A DNA stretch of 64,000 bases from Eledone cirrhosa (Eukaryota), in NCBI GenBank assembly GCA_964016885.1, contig CAXHJY010000973.1, positions 62,001 to 126,000 on the forward strand, in the 5' to 3' direction. Below the pieces are notes generated by a model that searched no databases, was not told where the DNA came from, and saw nothing but the letters and a program-made list of their open reading frames with translations. The translations under genes and the position numbers were made by a program. Below are positions 26,601-38,100 of the stretch, piece by piece. The first letter of the stretch is position 1; each line of letters begins with the position of its first letter.

Positions 26601-26786
26601 TTTTTCATTGGCCAAATGAAGCAGACAAACAAAAGAGATTGGGATGCTGACATTATTTGCCATGAAGTTAGGAACAGTAGATGGTAGTTTCTTCATTATT
26701 TCACAGAAGTACATTGTTTCAGCCATCATGTCAGCAGGAGAGTCTCCACTGTTTTGGGAAGATTTAGAATTCTGGTCCACGTTCTC
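26601..26786 (-). CDS. NCAPH: NCAPH penultimate exon (ENVDQNSK...MANNVSIPISFVCLLHLANEK)
   Basis: ctttctctttag|GAG ... AAA|gtaagt, 186 nt, phase 0. SIPISFVCLLHLANEK matches the Cnd2/Barren C-terminal signature (human, recalled: SIPLAFACLLHLANEK). Confidence 0.93.
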
Positions 26787-27202
26787 CTAAAGAGAAAGGG
26801 AGAGGGAGAGAGAGAAGGAGAGAGAGGGAAAGAGAGAGAGAGGGAGAGGGAGAAGAAAAAGAACAAAAAATTACATTTTTTTTAAAATGAGAAAAATGAA
26901 ACAATTTGGTGATATGATGATGATGATAAAGGTATTTGTGGTCCTGATGCTACGTAGGTCACTATGGCAACAGTAATGATGATGATGATGATGATATTCT
27001 TTTATTGGTTTCAGTCATCAAGTTGTGGCCATGCTGGGGTATGGACTTGATTTAGTTGATTATATCGACCCCAGCTTAATAAAGCAGAACTCCATAAGTG
27101 CAGAATATATGGGGAAGAAACAACTACTTTATCTCTGGCTGTCCAGAAAAGGTGTCAGGTCGACAAAACAACCAGACTTTGGGATATGCCAAGACACAGA
27201 GA

Positions 27203-27680
27203 CATCATCATCATCGTTTAACGTCCATCTTCCACTCTTGCATGGGTTTGGACGGGAATTTTCCCACTTGAGGCAAGAGTGGTTGTCTCGCTTGTATAGG
27301 ACTGTCTGGTGGGTTTTCTATGGCTGGATGCCCTTCCTAACACCAACCACATTTAGTGTGGACTGGGAGGTTTTTACCATGTTACCTACACGGCCACATT
27401 ACAGCGTGGACTGTGTTTTTTGTCGTGACACCTACACGACCTCATTTATTTAGGACTGGATGTTGTGGTACCAACATAACTTTACATCGAAAAGGGTGGT
27501 GTGGATGGGGTGAGGGTAGTGGGCGGGGGTGTATTTTTGTTAAGAGGTGCCTACTGACTGTAGGTTTCACTTTCTACTTAGGCAAGGCGGGTCTTCTGTA
27601 TTACTGCATAGCGCCAAAGATCTCGGTCCAGTGACATTGTCTTGGAGAGGTGTAAGTGTGTGAGGTCGGAATTTATCAGG
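27203..27680 (-). mobile_element. RTE subfamily A 3' end (diverged)
   Basis: CATCAT tail; [21 protein letters not shown]. Confidence 0.85.
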
Positions 27681-27789
27681 GAGATCAAAGACAACCAACC
27701 AGATATTATAGGCAAAGACAATAGAAACACTGCACGTACCCAAGACACACAGAGCTGTGCTCGGTGGTGGAGTGACAATACACAATAAA

Positions 27790-27995
27790 AATAATAATAA
27801 TAATTGTTTCTACATTTGGTACAAGGCCAGCAATTACCCCAGTACATTACTGGTACTTTATTTTATCGACCCTGTAAGGTTGAAAGGCAAAGTTAACCTC
27901 AGCGGGATTTGAACTCAGACCATTAAGGAGTGTAACTCTAAGCTAGAAAGCATGGCGTCCGACCCTCTACCGATACTGCCAATCCACCGCCCTGA
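27790..27995 (-). mobile_element. tRNA-derived SINE
   Basis: Reverse-complement match to 9884-10075. Confidence 0.8.
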
Positions 27996-28009
27996 ATAAT
28001 AATAATAAT

Positions 28010-30800
28010 CGATATGTAACACAAGCTTCAAAAAACCCGACAACCACCTGATCACCTATAGATCAGGGGAGCATTCTAGTCAGATAGACTTTATCCTCAT
28101 CAGAGGACGTGACAGATGGACGGTCGTAAACACAAAAGCCTTCCCTAGTGAGGAATGTACCGCCCAACATAGCTTAGTTGTCAGCGACCTCACGGTCAGA
28201 ACTAGACGAACCTGGAAACAGAGGCCAACCTGGAGAAGAAAGATCTGGAAGCTGAAAGACCCTCAGCCAGTAACAGATTTAATGATATTTTATTCAACGC
28301 CTACGACAGTAGAGAAGAACAGATAGAGACATTCAATGTAGAAGAGCACTGGGAGTTCCTAAAAAATAACTTACTAGAGGCGACGGATGAGGTCTGTGGC
28401 TGGAGTAAGACCACAAGCAGGAGGAGTGACTTGGTGGTGGAACAATAAGGTAGATGAGGCAGTTAAGGCCAAGAGAGAGGCATGGAAAGAATGGAAAAAC
28501 GGGGGGAGCAGGGTACATTACATAGAGACCAAGAGGGAAGCTAGGCGACAAGTATACTTAGCTAGGAGGGAAGCAGAAAATAGAAAATTCAAGCATGTTT
28601 TGCAACGTGAGGACCAGAAACAGGAGGTGTTCAAGATTGCGAGGCAGTGTGTCAGAGAGAATTGTGATGTCATTGGAGAGAAGTGCATCCGGAATGATAA
28701 AGGTGAGCTTGCTCTCACGAGTGCTGAGAAGAAAGATGCATGGAAGAGTCATTATGACTAAATGAGGAGAATGCATGGGAAGAAGAGACCCTACCCCATG
28801 TAGACCCTATAGAGGGGCCAGCAGTACAAGTCAGCAGCAGCGTAGTAAGTAAGGCAATCAAAGATATGAAGATGGGGAAGGCAATCGGTCCATCGGGTAT
28901 AGCTGCCGAGATGCTGAAGGCATCTGGGTCTGTAGGTCACACTATAACCACACGTATTGCAAACCAGGTAATACTAGAAGGTGTCATACCAAAAGATTGG
29001 TGCAGTAGCATCATTGTCAACTGCTACAAAGGTAAAGGTGATGCACTCGATATAGGAAACTATAGAGGTATAAAGCTAATGGATCAGGTCATGAAAGTAA
29101 CAGAAAGAGTTATAGCACAGTTGATTAGGGACAGGGTGAAACTCGATGAGATGCAATTTGGGTTTGTACCAGGAAAAGGCACCCCTGATGCCCTCTTCCT
29201 TGTGAGGCAGTTACAGGAAAAGTACCTAGCTAAAAGTAAGCCACTTTACCTGGTATTCGTCGATCCCGAGAAAGCCTTTGACAGAGTTCCACGTGCTGTA
29301 ATCTGGTGGGCTCTTAGAAAACTAGGAGTAGATGAATGGCTTGTGAAAGCTGTACAAGCCATGTATAGGGGAGCAGTCAGCAATGTTAGGATTAGTAATG
29401 AGTATAGCGAGGAATTTAGCATACAGGTTGGGGTCCACCAGGGCTCTGTTCTTAGCCCTCTCCTGTTCATCATAGTCCTGCAGGCAATAACGGAGGAGTT
29501 TAAGACCGGATGCCCATGGGAACTCCTGTATGCTGATGACCTCGCACTCATAGCTGAATCTATGGTAGAACTAGAGAAGAAATTCCAAACTTGGAAGCAG
29601 GGAATAGAAAGAAAGGGCCTCAAAGTCAACTTGACTAAGACTAAGGTCCTTGTAAGTAGACGAGAAAACAGAACCCAGATCCCCTCAGGGAAATGGCCTT
29701 GCTCAGTATGTAGGAAAGGTGTAGGTAGGAACTCCATTCTCTGCCCCAAATGCATACAATGGGTACACAAGAGATGTAGTGGGATCTCAGGAAACTTAAT
29801 TAAGAATGTAGGCTTCACATGCAGCAGCCGTGCTGGGACAACAAGTAGCAAACAGCCACAGGAAACAAGTACCACCAATCTCTGGGAGGGCTCTGTAGAA
29901 ACAGTAGACAGTTTCTGCTACCTAGGTGACCGAATTAGCAGCGGAGGTGGGTGTTCAGAACATACAATAACTAAGGTAAGAACGGGATGGAAGAAGTTCA
30001 GGGAACTACTGCCACTGCTAGCTGCAAAAGGCTTCTCCCTCAGAATGAAAGGCAGGCTGTATGATGTGTGTATCCGAACAGCACTGTTACATGGTAGTGA
30101 GACCTGGGCGCTGAAGGTGGAAGACTTACGTAGATTAGAGAGAAACGAAGCCTGCATGCTCCGATGGATGTGTAATAGTAATATACGCGAACGGCAAAGC
30201 ATAAATGAATTGAGAGAGAGACTGAGCATAAGAGGAATCAAATGCTGTGTGCAGGAGAGGCGGTTGCGTTGGTATGGACATGTGATGCGTATGAAGGATG
30301 ACAGCTGCATAAAAAGGTGCAGAGCACTAGAAGTCGATAGGAACCGCGGAGTGGGGAGACCCAAGAAGACCTGGGATGAGGTGATAAAAGCCGACCTTAC
30401 CCCATTACACCTCTCAAAGGCGATGACACACGACCGTGACCTCTGTCATCACGCAGTAATACAGAGTACCTGACCTCCCATGGGTACAAGCTGAAGCATA
30501 TAGACAATATGCCCCCACACCCTGCCACCGCAAGGTGGTCGTGGAGGTGCCACGGCAAAAAAGCACCCAGCCCACACTGTAAAGTGGATATGTAGGCACC
30601 ACGAAAGAGCACCCAACACTCACTGTAAATGAGGTTGGTGTTAGGAAGGGCATCCAGCTGTAGAAATCAAGCCAGATCAGTTCCTGTATGAGCAAGGCAT
30701 GGGCAGCCGACCAGACACTGCACACAACAGGACAACCCGTCTAACCCATGCTAGCGTGGAAAAACGGACGTAAAACGGTGATGATGATGATGATGATGAT
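28010..30800 (+). mobile_element. RTE subfamily B, 5'-truncated within APE, with frameshifts, complete 3' UTR and (TGA)n tail
   Basis: ICNTSFKK..ITYRSG..SQIDFIL (APE end); 535-aa RT ORF at 28866-30473. Confidence 0.92.
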
Positions 30801-30819
30801 ATATATACATATATATGTA

Positions 30820-31777
30820 TATCATCATCATCATCATCAGGTTTAGCGTCCGTGTTCCACGCTTGCATGGGTTTGGACGGGAGTTTTCCCACTTGAGGCA
30901 AGAGTGGTTGTCTTGCTCGCATAGGACTGTCTGGCGGGTTTTCTACAGTTGGATGCCCTTCCTAACACCAACCACATTTACAGTGTGGGGCTGGGAGGTT
31001 TTTACCGTGTTGCCTACACGGCCACATTACAGCGTGGACTGTCTGGCGGGTTTTCTACAGCTGGATGCCCTTCCTAACACCAACCACATTTACAGTGTGG
31101 GGCTGGGAGGTTTTTACCGTGTTGCCTACACGGCCACATTTACAGCGTGGACTGTGTGTTTTTTGTCGTGACACCTACACGATCTCATTTGTTTCGGCCT
31201 GGATGTTGTGGGACCAACATAACTTTACATTGAAAGGGGCGGTGTGGGTGGGGTGGAGGTGGTGGGACGGGGGTGTGTTTTGATAGAGATGCCTACTGAC
31301 TGTAGTAGGTTTTTACTTTGTATTTAGGTAAGGCGGGTCTTCTCTATTACTGAGTACCGCCAAAGGTCTCGGTCCAGTGACATTGTCTTGGAGAGGTGTA
31401 AGTGTGTGAGGTCGGAATTTATCAGCTCGTCCCATGTTTTTCTGGGTCTGCCTACTCCGTGGCTACCGTCTATCTTTATTGCCCTGCACTTTGTTATACA
31501 GCTGTCGTCTTTCATGCGCATCACGTGACCGTACCAACGTAGCCTTCTCTCGAGTAAACAACATCTGATCCCTCTTATTTCTAATTTTTTCCTTACTTCG
31601 TTTATGCTTTGCCGTTCACGTATATTACGATTGCACATCCAGCGGAGCATGCAAGCTTCGTTCCTCTCTAGTCTGCGTATATCCTCTGCACACAATGCCC
31701 AGGTCTCACTGCCATGCAGCATTGCTGTTCGTATGCAGGCATCGTATAACCTGCCTTTCATTTTTAGGGAGAACCCT

Positions 31778-31778
<1 letters not shown>
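30820..31778 (-). mobile_element. RTE subfamily A 3' part, with 112-bp UTR duplication
   Basis: [28 protein letters not shown]; CATCAT tail. Confidence 0.9.
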
Positions 31779-31812
<34 letters not shown>

Positions 31813-31866
31813 GTATATGTATATATATATGTATATATATATATATATATATATACATATATATAC

Positions 31867-31899
<33 letters not shown>

Positions 31900-31981
31900 A
31901 AACGGTGATGATGATGAACAAAATAAGTGAAATAGCAACAACAGCAACAACACCAGAAACAACAATAACAACAGCAACAGT

Positions 31982-32012
<31 letters not shown>

Positions 32013-32025
32013 GTAACAACAATAG
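31779..32025. repeat. (TA)n then (ACA)n simple repeats
   Basis: Direct reading. Confidence 0.9.
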
Positions 32026-32047
32026 AAGTGAAGAATGTAAATCTTAC

Positions 32048-32152
32048 TTTATTTTCTGAATCTGATGAGAGAAGTTTCCACATACGTCTCTTGAGAAGGC
32101 GGACATCTATCTTCTTAGCTTTCTTGGCATAATTGATATTGATCTTAGCTAC
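32048..32152 (-). CDS. NCAPH: NCAPH exon (VAKININYAKKAKKIDVRLLKRRMWKLLSSDSENK)
   Basis: tatgacag|GTA ... AAA|gtaaga, 105 nt, phase 0. Matches the recalled human [28 protein letters not shown]. Confidence 0.92.
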
Positions 32153-35100
32153 CTGTCATAATAGGGAGACATGTGAGAGTTAGGACACTGGCAGGTGACA
32201 GATACCAGTCATAATAGGGAGACATGTGAGAGTTAGGACACTGGCAGGTGACAGATACCTGTCATAATAGGGAGACATGTGAGAGTTAGGACACTGGCAG
32301 GTGACAGATACCAGTCATAATAGGGAGACATGTGAGAGTTAGGACACTGGCAGGTGACAGATACCAGTCATAATAGGGAGACATGTGAGAGTTAGGACAC
32401 TGGCAGGTGACAGATACCAGTCATAATAGGGAGACATGTGAGAGTTAGGACACTGGCAAGTGACAGATACCTGTCATAATAGGGAGACATGTGAGAGTTA
32501 GGACACTGGCAGGTGACAGATACCTGTTATAATAGAAACACATGTGAGAGTTAGGGCACTAGCAGGTGACAGATACCTGTTATAATAGGGAGACATGTGA
32601 GAGTTAGGACACTGGCAGGCGACAGATACCTGTTATAATAGGGAGACATGTGAGAGTTAGGACACTGGCAGGCGACAGATACCTGTTATAATAGGGAGAC
32701 ATGTGAGAGTTAGGACACTGGCAGGTGACAGATACCTGTCATAATAGGGAGACATGTGAGAGTTAGGACACTGGCAGGCGACAGATACCTGTTATAATAG
32801 GGAGACATGTGAGAGTTAGGACACTGGCAGGCGACAGATACCTGTTATAATAGGGAGACATGTGAGAGTTAGGACACTGGCAGGTGACAGATACCTGTCA
32901 TAATAGGGAGACATGTGAGAGTTAGGACACTGGCAGGTGACAGATACCTGTTATAATAGGCAGACATGTGAGAGTTAGGACACTGGCAGGTGACAGATAC
33001 CTGTCATAATAGGGAGTCATGTGAGTTAGGACACTGGCAGGTGACAGATACCTGTCATAATAGGGAGACATGTGAGAGTTAGGACACTGGCAGGTGACAG
33101 ATACCTGTTATAATAGGGAGACATGTGAGAGTTAGGACACTGGCATGTGACAGATACCTGTTATAATAGGGAGACATGTAAGAGTTAGGACACTGGCAGG
33201 TAACAGATACCAGTCATAATAGAGAGACATGTGAGAGTTAGGACACTGGCAGGTGACAGATACCTGTTATAATAGGGAGACATGTGAGAGTTAGGACACT
33301 GGCAGGTGACAGATACCTGTTATAATAGGGAGACATGTGAGAGTTATGACACTGGCAGGTGACAGATACCTGTTATAATAGGGAGACATGTGAGAGGACA
33401 CTGGCAGGTGACAGATACCTGTTATAATAGGGAGACATGTGAGAGTTAGGACACTGGCAGGTGACAGATACCTGTTATAATAGGGAGACATGTGAGAGTT
33501 AGGACACTGGCAGGTGACAGATACCAGTCATAATAGGGAGAGATGTGAGAGTTAGGACACTGGCAGGTGACAGATACCTGTCATAATAGGGAGACATGTG
33601 AGAGTTAGGACACTGGCAGGTGACAGATACCTGTAATAATAGGGAGACATGTGAGAGTTAGGACACTGGCAGGTGACAGATACCTGTTATAATAGGGAGA
33701 CATGTGAGAGTTAGGACACTGGCAGGTGACAGATACCAGTCATAATAGGGAGAGATGTGAGAGTTAGGACACTGGCAGGTGACAGATACCTGTCGTAATA
33801 GGGAGACATGTGAGAGTTAGGACACTGGCAGGTGACAGATACCTGTCATAATAGGGAGACATGTGAGAGTTAGGACACTGGCAGGTGACAGATACCTGTT
33901 ATAATAGGGAGACATGTGAGAGATAGGACACTGGCAGGTGACAGATACCAGTCATAATAGGGAGAGATGTGAGAGTTAGGACACTGGCAGGTGACAGATA
34001 CCTGTCATAATAGGGAGACATGTGAAAGGACACTGGCAGGTGACAGATACCTGTTATAATAGGGAGACATGTGAGAGTTAGGGCACTAGCAGGTGACAGA
34101 TACCTGTTATAATAGGGAGACATGTGAGAGTTAGGACACTGGCAGGTGACAGATACCTGTTATAATAGGGAGACATGTGAGAGTTAGGACACTGGCAGGT
34201 GACAGATACCTGTTATAATAGGGAGACATGTGAGAGTTAGGGCACTAGCAGGTGACAGATACCTGTTATAATAGGGAGACATGTGAGAGTTAGGACACTG
34301 GCAGGTGACAGATACCTGTCATAATAGGGAGACATGTGAGAGTTAGGACACTGGCAAGTGACAGATACCTGTCATAATAGGGAGACATGTGAGAGTTAGG
34401 ACACTGGCAGGTGACAGATACCTGTTATAATAGAAACACATGTGAGAGTTAGGGCACTAGCAGGTGACAGATACCTGTTATAATAGGGAGACATGTGAGA
34501 GTTAGGGCACTAGCAGGTGACAGATACCTGTTATAATAGGGAGACATGTGAGAGTTAGGACACTGGCATGTGACAGATACCTGTTATAATAGGGAGACAT
34601 GTGAGAGTTAGGACACTGGCAGGTGACAGATACCTGTTATAATAGGGAGACATGTGAGAGTTAGGACACTGGCAGGCGACAGATACCTGTTATAATAGGG
34701 AGACATGTGAGAGTTAGGACACTGGCAGGCGACAGATACCTGTTATAATAGGGAGACATGTGAGAGTTAGGACACTGGCAGGTGACAGATACCTGTCATA
34801 ATAGGGAGACATGTGAGAGTTAGGGCACTAGCAGGTGACAGATACCTGTTATAATAGGGAGACATGTGAGAGTTAGGACACTGGCAGGCGACAGATACCT
34901 GTTATAATAGGGAGACATGTGAGAGTTAGGACACTGGCAGGCGACAGATACCTGTTATAATAGGGAGACATGTGAGAGTTAGGACACTGGCAGGTGACAG
35001 ATACCTGTCATAATAGGGAGACATGTGAGAGTTAGGACACTGGCAGGTGACAGATACCTGTTATAATAGGCAGAGATGTGAGAGTTAGGACACTGGCAGG

Positions 35101-38100
35101 TGACAGATACCTGTCATAATAGGGAGTCATGTGAGTTAGGACACTGGCAGGTGACAGATACCAGTCATAATAGGGAGACATGTGAGAGTTAGGACACTGG
35201 CAGGTGACAGATACCTGTTATAATAGGGAGACATGTGAGAGTTAGGACACTGGCATGTGACAGATACCTGTTATAATAGGGAGACATGTAAGAGTTAGGA
35301 CACTGGCAGGTGACAGATACCAGTCATAATAGGGAGACATGTGAGAGTTAGGACACTGGCAGGTGACAGATACCAGTCATAATAGGGAGAGATGTGAGAG
35401 TTAGGACACTGGCAGGTGACAGATACCTGTTATAATAGGGAGACATGTGAGAGTTAGGACACTGGCAGGTGACAGATACCTGTTATAATAGGGAGACATG
35501 TGAGAGTTATGACACTGGCAGGTGACAGATACCTGTTATAATAGGGAGACATGTGAGAGGACACTGGCAGGCGACAGATACCTGTTATAATAGGGAGACA
35601 TGTGAGAGTTAGGACACTGGCAGGTGACAGATACCTGTTATAATAGGGAGACATGTGAGAGTTAGGACACTGGCAGGTGACAGATACCAGTCATAATAGG
35701 GAGAGATGTGAGAGTTAGGACACTGGCAGGTGACAGATACCTGTCATAATAGGGAGACATGTGAGAGTTAGGACACTGGCAGGTGACAGATACCTGTCAT
35801 AATAGGGAGACATGTGAGAGTTAGGACACTGGCAGGTGACAGATACCTGTTATAATAGGGAGACATGTGAGAGTTAGGACACTGGCAGGTGACAGATACC
35901 AGTCATAATAGGGAGAGATGTGAGAGTTAGGACACTGGCAGGTGACAGATACCTGTCGTAATAGGGAGACATGTGAGAGTTAGGACACTGGCAGGTGACA
36001 GATACCTGTCATAATAGGGAGACATGTGAGAGTTAGGACACTGGCAGGTGACAGATACCTGTTATAATAGGGAGACATGTGAGAGATAGGACACTGGCAG
36101 GTGACAGATACCAGTCATAATAGGGAGAGATGTGAGAGTTAGGACACTGGCAGGTGACAGATACCTGTCATAATAGGGAGACATGTGAAAGGACACTGGC
36201 AGGTGACAGATACCTGTTATAATAGGGAGACATGTGAGAGTTAGGGCACTAGCAGGTGACAGATACCTGTTATAATAGGGAGACATGTGAGAGTTAGGAC
36301 ACTGGCAGGTGACAGATACCTGTTATAATAGGGAGACATGTGAGAGTTAGGACACTGGCAGGTGACAGATACCTGTTATAATAGGGAGACATGTGAGAGT
36401 TAGGGCACTAGCAGGTGACAGATACCTGTTATAATAGGGAGACATGTGAGAATTAGGACACTGGCAGGTGACAGATACCTGTTATAATAGGGAGACATGT
36501 GAGAGTTAGGGCACTAGCAGGTGACAGATACCTGTTATAATAGGGAGACATGTGAGAGTTAGGACACTGGCAGGTGACAGATACCTGTTATAATAGGGAG
36601 ACATGTGAGAGTTAGGACACTGGCAGGTGACAGATACCTGTTATAATAGGGAGAGATGTGAGAGGACACTGGGAGGTGACAGATACCTGTTATAATAGGG
36701 AGAGATGTGAGAGTTAGGACACTGGCAGGTGACAGATACCTGTCATAATAGGGAGACATGTGAGAGTTAGGACACTGGCAGGTGGCAGATACCTGTTATA
36801 ATAGGGAGACATGTGAGAGTTAGGGCACTAGCAGGTGACAGATACCTGTTATAATAGGGAGAGATGTGAGAGGACACTGGGAGGTGACAGATACCTGTTA
36901 TAATAGGGAGACATGTGAGAGTTAGGACACTGGCAGGTGACAGATACCTGTTATAATAGGGAGACATGTGAGAGTTAGGACACTGGCAGGTGACAGATAC
37001 CTGTTATAATAGGGAGACATGTGAGAGTTAGGGCACTAGCAGGTGACAGATACCTGTTATAATAGGGAGAGATGTGAGAGTTAGGACACTGGCATGTGAC
37101 AGATACCTGTTATAATAGGGAGACATGTGAGAGTTAGGACACTGGGAGGTGACAGATACCTGTTATAATAGGGAGACATGTGAGAGTTAGGACACTGGGA
37201 GGTGACAGATACCTGTTATAATAGGGAGACATGTGAGAGTTAGGACACTGGCAGGTGAGAGATACCTGTCATAATAGGGAGTCATGTGAGAGTTAGGGCA
37301 CTAGCAGGTGACAGATACCTGTTATAATAGGGAGAGATGTGAGAGTTAGGACACTGGGATGTGACAGATACCTGTTATAATAGGGAGACATGTGAGAGTT
37401 AGGACACTGGGAGGTGACAGATACCTGTTATAATAGGGAGACATGTGAGAGTTAGGACACTGGGAGGTGACAGATACCTGTTATAATAGGGAGACATGTG
37501 AGAGTTAGGACACTGGCAGGTGAGAGATACCTGTCATAATAGGGAGACATGTGAGAGTTAGGACACTGGCAGGTGAGAGATACCTGTCATAATAGGGAGT
37601 CATGTGAGAGTTAGGGCACTAGCAGGTGACAGATACCTGTTATAATAGGGAGAGATGTGAGAGGACACTGGGAGGTGACAGATACCTGTTATAATAGGGA
37701 GAGATGTGAGAGGACACTGGGAGGTGACAGATACCTGTTATAATAGGGAGAGATGTGAGAGGACAATGGGAGGTGACAGATACCTGTTATAATAGGGAGA
37801 GATGTGAGAGTTAGGACACTGGCAGGTGACAGATACCTGTTATAATAGGGAGACATGTGAGAGTTAGGACACTGGCAGGTGACAGATACCTGTTATAATA
37901 GGGAGACATGTGAGAGTTAGGGCACTAGCAGGTGACAGATACCTGTTATAATAGGGAGACATGTGAGAGTTAGGACACTGGCAGGTGACAGATACCTGTC
38001 ATAATAGGGAGACATGTGAGAGTTAAGGCACTAGCAGGTGACAGATACCTGTTATAATAGGGAGAGATGTGAGAGGACACTGGGAGGTGACAGATACCTG

